Notes under the pieces: model-generated
The model's input: the letters and a program-made list of their open reading frames with translations, nothing else
Database searches by the model: none
Told to the model about the DNA's origin: nothing
Translations under genes and position numbers: made by a program
Shown here: positions 9,440-19,700 of the stretch, piece after piece
Position numbering within the stretch: the first letter of the stretch is position 1
Layout: each line of letters begins with the position of its first letter
NCBI GenBank assembly: GCA_965224025.1
Contig: OZ245033.1
Location: forward strand, 3,328,001 to 3,392,000
DNA from: Candidatus Multivorans sp.
GTDB taxonomy: Bacteria > Acidobacteriota > Thermoanaerobaculia > Multivoradales > Multivoraceae
Direction: 5' to 3'
Length of the DNA: 64,000 bases

Positions 9440-9895
9440 GAATTCGAGGGCGACGTTCGTGTGGCCGCACCACCCGGTCCGCCACTGCTGTAGCAAAGCC
9501 CGGTCGTTCCAGACGCGCTTTGCCGGCGAAGCCGTCGAGGCCGATTCGTCGGGCCGTCAACAGGATGTAGGCGTGAGGGTTGCAAGTGTCGCCGCCGTGG
9601 TAGGCGATGTCGGCCACCATGCCGGCGGACACGAGCTCATCGCCGACGAAGTCGCGAACCAGCTCGCGGCGCTGTGGCTGGGTCAGTTCGACCGGCAGCG
9701 CGACCTGGACTTAGCGGGCGAGTTGTTCATCCTTGCGCCGCTCGGCGGCCTCGACTTGGTTCCAGAGGCGGGAGCGGTCGTGTAGCCAGGCCGACGCGTT
9801 CTGCGGAGCCAGGATCTCCGCGCCGTCCAGGCCAGCGCGCCGCGAGTAGTCGTGCGTGTCGCCGGTGGGTTCCTCGGTGAGGCTCGTCGGTGGGT
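9440..9895 (-). pseudogene. MobA/MobL (MOBQ) relaxase remnant
   Basis: Translates as THDYSRR..EILAP..DRSRLWNQVEAAERRKDEQLAR*VQVALPVEL..GMVADIAYH..NPHAYILLT..WNDRALLQQWR; internal stop, frameshift, no N-terminus. Confidence 0.88.
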
Positions 9896-9909
9896 CGCCG
9901 CCGGATGCC

Positions 9910-10603
9910 CTAAACGGCGGCCTCGACCGGGTTGCTGAGACGGCAGATGCCTTCGAGCTCGACCTCGAACGTGTCGCCCGGCTTGAGCGCCGCAGTTCGA
10001 CCCGGGGTGCCGGTGAAGATCACGTCGCCGGTCTCGATCGTTGCGTAGTGGCTGATGAAGGAGACGATGGCCGCTGAGCCGAAGAGGAGATCGCCGGTCG
10101 TCTGTTCCTTGGACGACTTCGCCGTTGTGGCGGCCGCGAAGAGTCAGGTCGTCCGGATCGACGCCGGTGACGACGGCGGGGCCGACCGGGCCGAACGTGT
10201 CGCTGGCCTTGGCCCGGAACCACTGCAGGTCGGCGCGCTGCCAGTTGCGGCCGGAGACGTCGGTGCCGCGGGTGACGCCGAAGATCGCGTCCGCGGCCTC
10301 TTCGGGGGTCGCGTTCTTGAGCCGCTTGCCGACCACCAGGACCAGTTCCGCCTCGTAGTGGACGTTCTCGGATCCTTCGGGCAGCACGATCGGCTGCCCG
10401 TGGCCGGTGATGCTGGTCGGCAGCTTGAGGAAGATCGGCGGCTCCTTGGCCGGTTCGGCGTTGCCGAGGTGGCTGCGGTAGTTGAGACCGACGGCGAACA
10501 CCTTGCTCGGGTCGACCGGCGCCAGCAGGCTGGTGTCCGGGGCGGCTACCGTCGATCCGGTGGCGGCGAGTACGGCGAGATGACGGTGAATGCGTGGCGT
10601 CAT
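9910..10603 (-). pseudogene. Fumarylacetoacetate hydrolase family, frameshifted
   Basis: KVFAVGLNYRSH, PPIFLK, VHYEAEL, KASDTFGPVGP; the GDVIFTGTPG motif is in another frame after about 10100. Confidence 0.88.
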
Positions 10604-10715
10604 GAGGGCTCCTTCCCGCGCTTCGCGGTGACCATTGAGTCAAAGGGAATCGTGGCGAGCTTGCCAGAACCTGCGGGACCGCGCTGGAGAAACCGATTGC
10701 GCTGGCTCACCCCAA

Positions 10716-11105
10716 CTACACGACCAGCGCGAGATCCGTCCGCGAGAAGTCTTCGCCCTTGCAGAGCAACGGTTCCCCCAACTGGCGGGCGAGCGCGTAG
10801 GCGAAGCAGTCGCCGTAGTTGAGTCCGGCCGGGTGCCGCCCCTTCCCAAAGTTGGCGAATGCCTGGCGCGCGATCTTGGCCTGAGCGAGATCAACCGCAA
10901 CCACCTCGAGGTCGGCCGACTCGATCAACAGGTCGAGCAACCGAACACCGTCCGCCCCGTGACGCGACTCGAGCACCATCGACGCCTCCACAAAGGTAGC
11001 CGCCGATGTCCGGCACACGGGCGCCGCCGCGATCTCCTCGGTGAACGAGCCACGTTCCGGCTCATCCTGCAGAATCGCGAGTAGTGCCGATGTATCGATG
11101 ACCAT
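10716..11105 (-). CDS. vapC: VapC PIN-domain toxin
   Basis: [42 protein letters not shown]. Confidence 0.95.
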   Translation of the reverse strand: MVIDTSALLAILQDEPERGSFTEEIAAAPVCRTSAATFVEASMVLESRHGADGVRLLDLLIESADLEVVAVDLAQAKIARQAFANFGKGRHPAGLNYGDCFAYALARQLGEPLLCKGEDFSRTDLALVV

Positions 11106-11359
11106 CAGCGAGGAAGGCCGTTCTCGTCGTACCCGAGAATCTCGTCCGCGGACCGCCTATCGCGTACCGGGAGCTTCGCGCATCGGCGTCCGATCTCGTT
11201 GAGTTCGTCGGCCAGCGTGCGGCCGGACTGTTCTCGTCGACGCCGTTCCAGATGGTTCCGGAGAGCCTCGGTGACTGCCTCGGTCTTGGTTTGTCCGGTC
11301 AGCCTCGCCAGCTCGGTGGCCAGCCGCTCTGTTTCAGCGTTTCTGATGTTGAGCGCCAT
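11105..11359 (-). CDS. vapB: VapB antitoxin (Rv0623-like)
   Basis: MALNIRN...[26 protein letters not shown]; stop overlaps the vapC start. Confidence 0.92.
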   Translation of the reverse strand: MALNIRNAETERLATELARLTGQTKTEAVTEALRNHLERRRREQSGRTLADELNEIGRRCAKLPVRDRRSADEILGYDENGLPR

Positions 11360-11361
11360 AG

Positions 11362-11393
11362 CTACATGTATAGCACGGCTACTACACGTATCG
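11362..11393. promoter_or_regulatory. Candidate vapBC operator, two imperfect repeats 20 bp apart
   Basis: CTACATGTATAG (11362) and CTACACGTATCG (11382) directly upstream of the vapB ATG; no SD visible. Confidence 0.4.
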
Positions 11394-11449
11394 TGCCGTC
11401 CAAGGCGATCGTAGTGAACCTGTCACACGCCGTCAACGGGACGGGACGG

Positions 11450-12712
11450 CTACTGACGGAGCTGCGCGGCTGCCTTCGCCTCCAACTCTTCGCGGAACTC
11501 GGGCGCGGCGATCCGGATCAGCCGCCTGGCGCGCTCGACGATGTCCAGGCCGCGGACGCGCGCGACGCCGTACTCGGTGACGAAGATGTCGGCGTCGGTA
11601 CGCAGCGCCGTGGCGGCGTTCCCCGCCGGCAGCGTCCCGACGATGCGGGAGAAACGACCGCTGCCCGCAGTCGCCTCGAAGGCAACGATTGAGCGACCTC
11701 CGCGGGACATCTGTGCGCCGCGCATGAAGTCGACCGCGCCGCCGGTGCCGCTGATCTGGCGGCCTCGGACCATCTCCGAGTTGATCTGGCCGAACAGATC
11801 CACCTCGACGGCCGAGTTGATCGCGACGAAGTTGTCGATCTGTGCGATCACGCGCACGTCGTGGGTGTAGTTGGCTCCGCGGAGGTCGATGAGTTCGCAG
11901 CCGCTCGCCCAGTCGTAGAGCGCCGGCGATCCGAGCACCATGGCGGAGACGAGGCGGCCGGCGTCGATCGTCTTGCGGGCGCCGGTGATCGCACCGGCCT
12001 CGACAAGTTCCATGACGCCGTCCGAGAGTAGGCCGGAGTGGAAGCCGAGATCGCGATGATCGCGGAGAGCCGCCAGCACCGCGCCCGGAATCGCCCCGAC
12101 GCCGGTCTCGATGCAGTCGCCGTCATCGACCAGCTCCGCGACCAACGCTCCGATGCGTCGGGCGGCGGGGCTGGGGCGGGCCGACAATGAGGGGGGCTCG
12201 ATGTCTGTCGCCACGACGTGTTCGAAGCGGTCGACGGGCACGATCGGGGCACCGGGAAGCCGGGGCAGTGATTGGTTCCACTCGGCGAGGAAGGGAACAT
12301 CGTTCCGTTCGAGCACGGCCGGCACGAACTCCGCTCCCAGGCCGAGCGAGCAGTTCCCGTTCCGGTCCGGCGGCGTGAACTGGGCGATAGCCAGGTCGAT
12401 GGGCGCCTCGAGCAGGTAGTCCCAGATCCGCCGGTACTGCATGGGCAGGAACGCCATGGTTCCGGCCTGGAAGCTGTTCCGCATCTCGGGGACGACGAAG
12501 AAACTCCGCACCGTGGCGCCCGCCCACGGTTTGAGCGCCGGCGCCGCCACGCCGGGAATCGGGGTGACCAGGAACTCGACGCCCCGGGTCGCTTCGGGCT
12601 GGTCGTGGAGCGCCGTGGCGATGCCGCGCGGTTCGCAGGCGCCGCCGAACAGGGCCACTTTCATGCCGGGGCGCAGCAGGGTCCCCACCTGGTCGAGATC
12701 GAGAAGCTTCAT
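11450..12712 (-). CDS. Acetyl-CoA hydrolase/CoA-transferase family
   Basis: GVGAIPGAV, DLGFHSG, INSAVEVDLFGQINSE, SGTGGAVDFMRGA, VTEYGVA; start taken at ATG 12712. Confidence 0.9.
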   Translation of the reverse strand: MKLLDLDQVGTLLRPGMKVALFGGACEPRGIATALHDQPEATRGVEFLVTPIPGVAAPALKPWAGATVRSFFVVPEMRNSFQAGTMAFLPMQYRRIWDYLLEAPIDLAIAQFTPPDRNGNCSLGLGAEFVPAVLERNDVPFLAEWNQSLPRLPGAPIVPVDRFEHVVATDIEPPSLSARPSPAARRIGALVAELVDDGDCIETGVGAIPGAVLAALRDHRDLGFHSGLLSDGVMELVEAGAITGARKTIDAGRLVSAMVLGSPALYDWASGCELIDLRGANYTHDVRVIAQIDNFVAINSAVEVDLFGQINSEMVRGRQISGTGGAVDFMRGAQMSRGGRSIVAFEATAGSGRFSRIVGTLPAGNAATALRTDADIFVTEYGVARVRGLDIVERARRLIRIAAPEFREELEAKAAAQLRQ

Positions 12713-12770
12713 GACCAGCCGTAGAGTAGCCGTAGCCGGGCAGCGGGCTGCCGTAAGCCGGACCGGCACA

Positions 12771-12805
12771 CGCGCCGGATGCGGGCAGGGATGCCCGCGT
12801 TCCCA
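12771..12805 (+). repeat. REP-like palindrome
   Basis: CGCGCCGGATGCGGGCAGGGATGCCCGCGTTCCCA; related inverted copy at 55307-55341. Confidence 0.65.
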
Positions 12806-12845
12806 GGCTCCCATAGCCTCGGCGCGCTGATACCCTGCCGCGGCC

Positions 12846-13766
12846 ATGACGACTTCACCACTGGGCGAACGCGCCCCCGCGATCTCGCTCGCCGCAGTCC
12901 CCGGCCGGCGCCGGTTGACCCTCGACCTGGCCGCCGAGATCGAGCGCCGCGGCTTCAGCGGCATCTACTGTCCAAGCATGGGCGACGGTCTGGCGCTCTG
13001 CGAGGCGATTGCGCTCAGAACCGAGCGCATCAACTTCGGCACCTCGATCGTGAACATCTACACCCGCCACGTGACGGAGTTCGCCCGCACGGCGTCCTTC
13101 ATCCACGAGGTCTCCGGCGGCCGCTTCCGGTTCGGCGTCGGCGTCAGCCACGCGCCGGCTCACGCGCGGTTGGGCGTCACCGTCGGCAAGCCCCTGGGCG
13201 ACATCCGCGCCTTCGTGGAGGAGCTGAAGGCGGTGCGGGGGGCCGGCGAGCTGCCGCCGATCGTCCTCGCCACGCTGCGCGACCGGATGATCGCCACGGC
13301 CGCCGAGATCGCCGACGGCATGGTGTTCGCGAACGGCGCACGATCCCACATGGGCCATTCCCTGGCGGCGGCCGGGAAGCGGGCCGCCGATCCGGATTTC
13401 TTCGTCGGCAACATGATCCCGACGGTCATTTCCGACGACCGCGACCTGGCTGCCGCCCGCAACCGGAAGACGCTCTCCCGGTACACGCTGCTGCCCAACT
13501 ACCGCAACTACTGGAAGGCGGCCGGCTACGTCGAGGAGATGGAGGCCGTGGAGCGGGCGGTCGCGAGCGGTGAGATGGACCGCCTTCCGAGCCTGCTCTC
13601 CGACCGCTGGCTGGCCGACTGCACGCTGTTCGGTACGGCGGCGGAGGTCCGCGAGGGCGTCGAGCGCTGGTTCGACGCCGGTGTTGGCACACCCATTCTG
13701 GTGCCGTCGTCGGCGGCCGGCAACCAGCTCAAGGCGCTCGAGGAACTGTTCGCCGCCTACTCGTAG
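12846..13766 (+). CDS. LLM-class (luciferase-like) oxidoreductase, possibly F420-dependent
   Basis: TERINFGTSIVNIYTR, SGGRFRFGVGVSH, PIVLA.L..RM...AAEIADG. Confidence 0.85.
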   Translation: MTTSPLGERAPAISLAAVPGRRRLTLDLAAEIERRGFSGIYCPSMGDGLALCEAIALRTERINFGTSIVNIYTRHVTEFARTASFIHEVSGGRFRFGVGVSHAPAHARLGVTVGKPLGDIRAFVEELKAVRGAGELPPIVLATLRDRMIATAAEIADGMVFANGARSHMGHSLAAAGKRAADPDFFVGNMIPTVISDDRDLAAARNRKTLSRYTLLPNYRNYWKAAGYVEEMEAVERAVASGEMDRLPSLLSDRWLADCTLFGTAAEVREGVERWFDAGVGTPILVPSSAAGNQLKALEELFAAYS

Positions 13767-13791
13767 AGGTTGACTCGCAGGAACCGATGAG

Positions 13792-14271
13792 ATGACGACC
13801 ACCGTCAAGGGGCGTCTCGCGGCGCTCGGCCTGGAACTCCCCGCGCCCGCGGCGCCCGCCGCGAACTACGTGCCCTACGTGCGTACGGGATCGCTCGTCT
13901 TCGTGTCCGGCCAGGTGCCGGTGAGGGACGGGCGGCTGGCCTACCGCGGCAAGGTGGGCGTGGACTACTCGCTGGAGGAGGCTCAAGCCGCTGCCCGCCT
14001 GGTCGGGGTCAACATCGTCGCCGTGGTCGCTGCCGCCTGCGACGGCGACCTGGAACGCGTCCGCCGCTGCGTGAAGCTGGGCGGCTTCGTCAACTGCAGC
14101 GACGATTTCGAGAACCACCCGGCGGTGATCAACGGCGCCTCCGACCTGATGGGGGAGGTGTTCGGCGACAAGGGGCGGCACGCCCGGTTCGCGGTGGGCA
14201 CGAACAAGCTGCCCTTCAATGTTCCGGTCGAAATCGACGCCGTCTTCGAGGTCGACCGCCCAACTCGCTGA
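13792..14271 (+). CDS. RidA/YjgF-family protein
   Basis: PAPAAPAANYVP, VSGQVP, VKLGGFVN, INGASDL, GRHARFAVG, VEID. Confidence 0.92.
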   Translation: MTTTVKGRLAALGLELPAPAAPAANYVPYVRTGSLVFVSGQVPVRDGRLAYRGKVGVDYSLEEAQAAARLVGVNIVAVVAAACDGDLERVRRCVKLGGFVNCSDDFENHPAVINGASDLMGEVFGDKGRHARFAVGTNKLPFNVPVEIDAVFEVDRPTR

Positions 14272-14349
14272 GAAGCCTTGGCTTAGGGGAGCGGCACCGG
14301 CCGCCTTGGGGCGGGTCGCCGGCCCCCGGCTGGTACGATGCGACCCGCC

Positions 14350-15720
14350 ATGTCCACCCAGCGGGTAGAGATTCTCGGCGACACGATGCGCCGGCTGGCG
14401 CGCCGCGGGGCGCGGCGGAACCTGTCGCGCGTGCTGAGCAAGGTGCGGCCGGGAGATGTCGCCGCCGCGTTGCGGAAGCTGGTGCCCACGGAGCAGTTGT
14501 TCGTGGTCCGTCTGGCGCTCGAGGACTACCCGGATTCGGCTGGCGAGGTGCTGCTGGAGCTCGAGCCCGGCGAACGGCGGCCGCTGCTGGAGGAGCTCAC
14601 CCCGGCCGAGATCGCCGGGTTGCTCGCGCCGCTGGCGGTCGACGACAGCGTCGAAATCGTCGACGGCCTCGAGGACGAGCTGCGCGAGTCCGTGCTGGCG
14701 CTGCTCGACCGGCCCGACCGGGACGAGTTGCAGACCCAGTTCGCCTACGAGGAGGACACGGCCGGACGGATCATGAACACCGAGTTCTTCTCGCTGCCGG
14801 AGGACACTTCGGTCGGTGACGCGATCGCCAAGATCCGGGAGCACGGCGAAGTGGAGATGATCTTCTACCTCTACGTCGTCGATCCGGAGGGCCGCCTGGT
14901 CGGAGTGCTGTCGCTGCGGCAGCTCCTGCTCTCGGTTCCGAGCCGCACCCTGGGCGAGATCATGAACCGCGGTCTGGTCACCGCCAACACCGATACGGAC
15001 CAGGAGGAGGTGGCGCGGCTCGCTTCGCGATACGACTTCCTCGCCATCCCCGTGGTCGACGACCTTCGCCGTCTGCTGGGTCTCGTGACCGTCGATGACG
15101 TGATCGACATCGTGCAGGAGGAGGCGGAAGAGGACTTCTACAAGATGGTCGGTACCTCGGACGACGAGTTGCTGTACCGGGAGCGAGCCTGGCGCGTGGC
15201 CGGCATCCGGTTGCCCTGGCTGCTCGTCAACCTGATCGGCCTGACGTTGACCGGAGTCCTGATGAAGGAGTTCCAGCTCAGATTGAACGAGGTCTTCCTG
15301 CTCGCCTTCGCTCCCGTGGTCATGGGCATGGGCGGCAACATCGGCAGTCAGACGATGACGTTGACCGTGCGCGGTCTGGCCACCGGCAGAATCGGCGAGG
15401 AAGGCGGCCGGATGCGGCGCTTCCTGATGCAGCAGATCCGGATCGGTCTCGTCGTGGGCCTGGTCTGCTCGACGGTCGCCGCCGGGGCCGCGGCGTTCCT
15501 CGAACAGAACCCGGCCTACAGCGCCGTGGTCGCGAGCTCGCTGTTCCTCGCCATCGTGCTCGCGTCGCTGATCGGTTCGCTCCTGCCGATGGCCTTCGAG
15601 CGGATGGGCATCGACCCGGCGGTGGCCAGCGGCCCCATGGTCACGACCTTCAGCGACATCACCGGCATCCTCGTGTACTTCGGCCTCGCCACCCTGATGA
15701 TCGACTGGCTGGTTCGCTGA
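14350..15720 (+). CDS. mgtE: Magnesium transporter MgtE
   Basis: N-domain, CBS pair (YEEDTAGRIM, GLVTVDD) and TM region with GMGGNIGSQ and DPAVASGPMVTTFSD. Confidence 0.95.
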   Translation: MSTQRVEILGDTMRRLARRGARRNLSRVLSKVRPGDVAAALRKLVPTEQLFVVRLALEDYPDSAGEVLLELEPGERRPLLEELTPAEIAGLLAPLAVDDSVEIVDGLEDELRESVLALLDRPDRDELQTQFAYEEDTAGRIMNTEFFSLPEDTSVGDAIAKIREHGEVEMIFYLYVVDPEGRLVGVLSLRQLLLSVPSRTLGEIMNRGLVTANTDTDQEEVARLASRYDFLAIPVVDDLRRLLGLVTVDDVIDIVQEEAEEDFYKMVGTSDDELLYRERAWRVAGIRLPWLLVNLIGLTLTGVLMKEFQLRLNEVFLLAFAPVVMGMGGNIGSQTMTLTVRGLATGRIGEEGGRMRRFLMQQIRIGLVVGLVCSTVAAGAAAFLEQNPAYSAVVASSLFLAIVLASLIGSLLPMAFERMGIDPAVASGPMVTTFSDITGILVYFGLATLMIDWLVR

Positions 15721-15794
15721 ACGGCGGATGGACTATCGCACGGCGGCGCAGATCCCCAGTTTAGGGGACCGCTTCAGCGTGTACTGTAACTACC

Positions 15795-16559
15795 ATGAAG
15801 CGGCGAAGCGGCGAGGCATTGCTGCTTCAGACCATCGACCTTCACGAGCGCGACCGGATCGTCGTCTTCCTCAGCCGCGACTGGGGGCTGAAGCGAGGCG
15901 CGGCGCGCAGCGCCCGGGCGCGCTTCAGCCGCTTCGGCGGCGAACTGCAGCAACTGGCGAAGGTGCATCTGTCCTGGTTCGAGAAGCCCGACCGCGACTT
16001 GGTCCGGCTCGCTGACGCGGAGATGATCAGGAGCCCCGGCGCCCTGCACAGCGACCTGGAGGGGATTCTCGTCTCCTCGTATCTCGCCGAGCACATGCAG
16101 GTGTTCGCGCAGGAGAACGAACCGGACAATCACCTGTACCGGCTCCTGGACTCGACCGTGCAGGCGCTGATCGGCGGCTGCGATCGCTCCCTGGCGGCGC
16201 GTTACCTGGAATGCTGGACCCTGCGGCTGAGCGGCGTGTTTCCGGCGCCCCGGCAGTGTCCGTCCTGTGGCGCCGCGCTCGGTGACGATGCGGTTCTGGC
16301 GGTCGACGCGGCCGGCCTGCTGTGCCCTGCGTGCGGCGCCGGCGCGGGCCCGAATCGCCGGATCGGCGAGCCCGCTCTTTCCTTCCTGCGCCGCATCGGC
16401 GCCGCGGACTTGTCCAAACTCCAGGAGAACGGAGGGGTCGAGGAGGCGACGCTGAAGTCGGTGGAGGCGATTGCGCGCGAGGTTCGGCGTGCCTTCCTGG
16501 GCAAGGAACTGCGCAGCTACGGCGTGATGCAGCGGACGCTGCGGGATGTGGCGCCCTGA
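15795..16559 (+). CDS. recO: DNA repair protein RecO
   Basis: E.DRIV..SR..G, SRFGG.L, zinc finger CPSC...CPAC. Confidence 0.9.
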   Translation: MKRRSGEALLLQTIDLHERDRIVVFLSRDWGLKRGAARSARARFSRFGGELQQLAKVHLSWFEKPDRDLVRLADAEMIRSPGALHSDLEGILVSSYLAEHMQVFAQENEPDNHLYRLLDSTVQALIGGCDRSLAARYLECWTLRLSGVFPAPRQCPSCGAALGDDAVLAVDAAGLLCPACGAGAGPNRRIGEPALSFLRRIGAADLSKLQENGGVEEATLKSVEAIAREVRRAFLGKELRSYGVMQRTLRDVAP

Positions 16560-18475
16560 TGGGGCCGGACCGGCAAGGCGCGCCGGAGCGCCGCCCGCTG
16601 CAGCGGCTTCCCGACACCCTGATCTCCAAGATCGCGGCCGGCGAGGTCGTGGAACGCCCATCGTCGGTGGTCAAGGAACTGGTCGAGAATGCGCTCGATG
16701 CGGGTGCGTCCCGGATCGAGATCGACGTCGTGAACGGCGGCAAGGACCTGATCGTGGTCACGGACGACGGCAGCGGCATTGCCGCGGAGGAGGCGGTTCT
16801 GGCGGTCGAACGCCACGCGACGAGCAAGATCGGCTCCTTCGAGGACCTGCTCGAGGTCGCGACCCTTGGCTTCCGCGGCGAGGCGCTGTCCTCGATCGCC
16901 GCGGTCTCGAAGTGCGAACTGCTGACGGCGCGCACCGCCGGCGACGGTCACAGGCTCGCGGTCGAGGGGGGGAAGGTCACGATCGACGAGCCGGTCAGCC
17001 GGCCTCGCGGCACCACGGTCACGGTGGAGTCGCTGTTCTACAACGTGCCGGCGCGCAAGAAGTTCCTGAAGCGGCCGGCGACCGAACTGCGGCATGCGAC
17101 GACGGTGGTGCAGGGGTACGCCCTGTCCCGCCCGGACGTGACCTTCGTCCTGCGCCACAGTCCCGACAGCGCGTCTCCCCGGCGTGAAGTGCTGCGCACC
17201 CAGGCGACCGGAAGCGACTCGGCCGGCCGGCTGGAACGAATCGCCCAGTTGTTCGGCCCGGATCTCGCAGATCACCTGATTCCGCTGCCCGAGGCCAGGA
17301 GGCGGCAGGGCGTCGACGGCTTCGTCGGCGACCGGGAGACCTCCAGGGGCCGGCGGCAGTTCGTCTTCGTCAACGGCCGCCTGTTGCGGGACCGGGCGGT
17401 GCTGGGGATCTACTACAAGGCGGTTCGGGACCTGATGAAGGGCGATCCGGCGCCGGCCCTGTTCCTGTTCCTCGACGTGCCGCCGGAGTCGGTCGACGTG
17501 AACGTCCATCCTCAGAAGGCGGAGGTCCGCTTCCGCGACGCGGCGCTGCTCGGGCGCGTCGGCAGCGCGCTCCGCAAGGGACTGGAGGCGGCAAAGGGCG
17601 AGGCGCCTGCGCCGCTGCGGGAACTGGGCGGACCGGTGGCGCCCCCGGCCTGGACCGGCATGGGAGAAGTCCGGGAGACCGGCGGCCCGGTGTCGTGGCG
17701 CCGCTCCGGCCCGGGAGACGCCGGTGGACGGGAGGAGGGCGATCAGGCGCCGGCGGCGCCCGCCTGGGCCGAGGAACTTGCCGCCCGCTACGGCGGTGCG
17801 CGGGCGGGGCCGGCGGGGAAGCTGGCGGAGGTCGCCTACAAGCCGCAGCCATCCTCCCCGGTCCCCCTGTCGGGCAAGGGCCGGGAATCGCTCCGGCTGA
17901 TCGGACAGTACAAGGGCACGATGATCCTGCTCGAGGGCCCTGAGTCGTTGTTGGTCGTGGACCAGCACGTAGCCCACGAGCGCATCCTGTACGAGCGCTT
18001 TCGCCGCAGTCTCGGCGAGCAGGAGTCCCTCAGTCAAACCCTGCTTGTGCCCCGTGTACTGGAACTCTCCGCGGCCGAGAACGCGGCGCTTGCGGAATGT
18101 TCCCCGGGCCTCGCCCGCTGCGGCTACTCGGTCAGCAGCCTCTCCGGCGGCAGCGCCGCGATCACGGCGATTCCGGCCGTGCTGCCCGACGCCGAGGCGG
18201 AGAGCCTGGTGCTGCGGATCGCGACCCGGGTCGCCGGCGGCGACGAGTTGCCGAGCGAAGAGGAGGCGCTGGCGGAGTACCTCCTGACCCAGTTGGCGGC
18301 CAGCCGCGCCTGCCGCGCCGCGGTCAAGATGCACCAGGCGCTGTCGGCGGAGAAGATGGAGAGTCTGATCGGGGAGCTCTTCGCCTGCGAACACCCGTAC
18401 ACCTGCCCGCACGGCAGGCCGGTGGTGCTGGAACTCACGGACCGCGACCTGGAGCGCCGCTTCAAGCGTCGTTGA
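16559..18475 (+). CDS. mutL: DNA mismatch repair protein MutL
   Basis: IAAGEVVERP.SVVKELVENALDAG, HATSKI, LGFRGEAL, VDVNVHP, DQHVAHER, CPHGRP. Confidence 0.97.
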   Translation: MGPDRQGAPERRPLQRLPDTLISKIAAGEVVERPSSVVKELVENALDAGASRIEIDVVNGGKDLIVVTDDGSGIAAEEAVLAVERHATSKIGSFEDLLEVATLGFRGEALSSIAAVSKCELLTARTAGDGHRLAVEGGKVTIDEPVSRPRGTTVTVESLFYNVPARKKFLKRPATELRHATTVVQGYALSRPDVTFVLRHSPDSASPRREVLRTQATGSDSAGRLERIAQLFGPDLADHLIPLPEARRRQGVDGFVGDRETSRGRRQFVFVNGRLLRDRAVLGIYYKAVRDLMKGDPAPALFLFLDVPPESVDVNVHPQKAEVRFRDAALLGRVGSALRKGLEAAKGEAPAPLRELGGPVAPPAWTGMGEVRETGGPVSWRRSGPGDAGGREEGDQAPAAPAWAEELAARYGGARAGPAGKLAEVAYKPQPSSPVPLSGKGRESLRLIGQYKGTMILLEGPESLLVVDQHVAHERILYERFRRSLGEQESLSQTLLVPRVLELSAAENAALAECSPGLARCGYSVSSLSGGSAAITAIPAVLPDAEAESLVLRIATRVAGGDELPSEEEALAEYLLTQLAASRACRAAVKMHQALSAEKMESLIGELFACEHPYTCPHGRPVVLELTDRDLERRFKRR

Positions 18476-18702
18476 GCCGGACTGCCTCTCCGGGCTGGAC
18501 CGGATCAAGACGACTGCGTAGGACATTGGGGTGACAATCTGGCCCAGACGCTGACTTGCTAGTCTCCCGGCCGCTCAAAGGAGGGACGGGGGCGGAGCGT
18601 GGAGAGCGAACCATGGAACCAGAGGTGCTCGCGGAGACGGCGCTTGCAAAGAGGAGCGGAGAGTCTTGACGATGAGTTGGTCGGAGCCTTCCGGTAGTTT
18701 CG

Positions 18703-19662
18703 ATGGACTTGGGTAGCGATCTCACTTCCCGGCCGGCAGGGGAAATCCTGAGATCGGAACGGGTGCTCGCGGTGCTGGATTTCACGGACCCGGCAACGGC
18801 CGAGACGCGGATCGGTGATTCTCGGCATGTAGTGACAGGTCTGCCGTCGCTGTTCCCTACCGGCGTGCGAGAGGTCTGGCGGAGTTCCACGCCGGTGAGC
18901 GTAGGTTGGAACGACGCCGTTGGCTGGGCGGCCGGGAAGTTCGGGCTCTTCGCTACAAAGACCGTTCATGCCCCGCTTGAGAGAGATGTCGCAGAAGTAA
19001 CGCGGCAAGCGTGGTTGGACCTTCTTGAGACGGCCGAGGCGAAGGGTTGTCCGCATCTCCTTCGCGCATGGAACCACGTACCTCACATCAACACCGGAGA
19101 CGGCGACGACGAACGGTACAAGCGCTTCTGCGTAGGCCGGTACCAAGCCTTCGAGACCCATGGCTACACAGAAGATCGCTACCCCGCCGCCACGGCGGTG
19201 GGGAACTTCGGCGACGCGTTGGTCGTCTACTTGCTCGCCTGTGCCGAACCGGGGAGTCACTTCGAGAATCCGCGCCAAGTAAGGGCACCTTCCTATCCCC
19301 GGCGCTACGGACCGCGGCCGCCATCGTTCGCAAGGGCAACACGCTGGGCGGACGAGAAGCTCGTCTTCGTTGCGGGCACCGCCAGCATAGTGGGGCATCG
19401 CACTTTTCATTCCGGTGACCTCGCAGGGCAACTGGCGGTCACGTTCGGCAACATCGATCGGCTCATGCGAACGATGCCCGCGCAGAACGGCGCGCGTCAC
19501 GGCCTCGATTACGTTCGAGTCTATCTACGCGAGCCGCAACACCTGGCGCTGGCGAGAAAGGCCGTCGAAGATCACATGCCCCTTGCGGTGGCGGCGTACG
19601 TGCACGGCGAAATCTGCCGGTCGGAACTCGAGGTAGAGATCGAAGGCGTTCGGCACGTGTAG
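18703..19662 (+). CDS. Chorismatase, FkbO/Hyg5/XanB2 family
   Basis: LLRAWN..P.IN, ERYKRFCVGR, PAATAVG, ENPRQ, YPRRYGPRPPSFARA, GTASIVGH, ICRSELEVEIEG. Confidence 0.9.
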   Translation: MDLGSDLTSRPAGEILRSERVLAVLDFTDPATAETRIGDSRHVVTGLPSLFPTGVREVWRSSTPVSVGWNDAVGWAAGKFGLFATKTVHAPLERDVAEVTRQAWLDLLETAEAKGCPHLLRAWNHVPHINTGDGDDERYKRFCVGRYQAFETHGYTEDRYPAATAVGNFGDALVVYLLACAEPGSHFENPRQVRAPSYPRRYGPRPPSFARATRWADEKLVFVAGTASIVGHRTFHSGDLAGQLAVTFGNIDRLMRTMPAQNGARHGLDYVRVYLREPQHLALARKAVEDHMPLAVAAYVHGEICRSELEVEIEGVRHV

Positions 19663-19700
19663 GTCAACTCGACTCATGGGAACTGGATCGCCCGGCGCGA

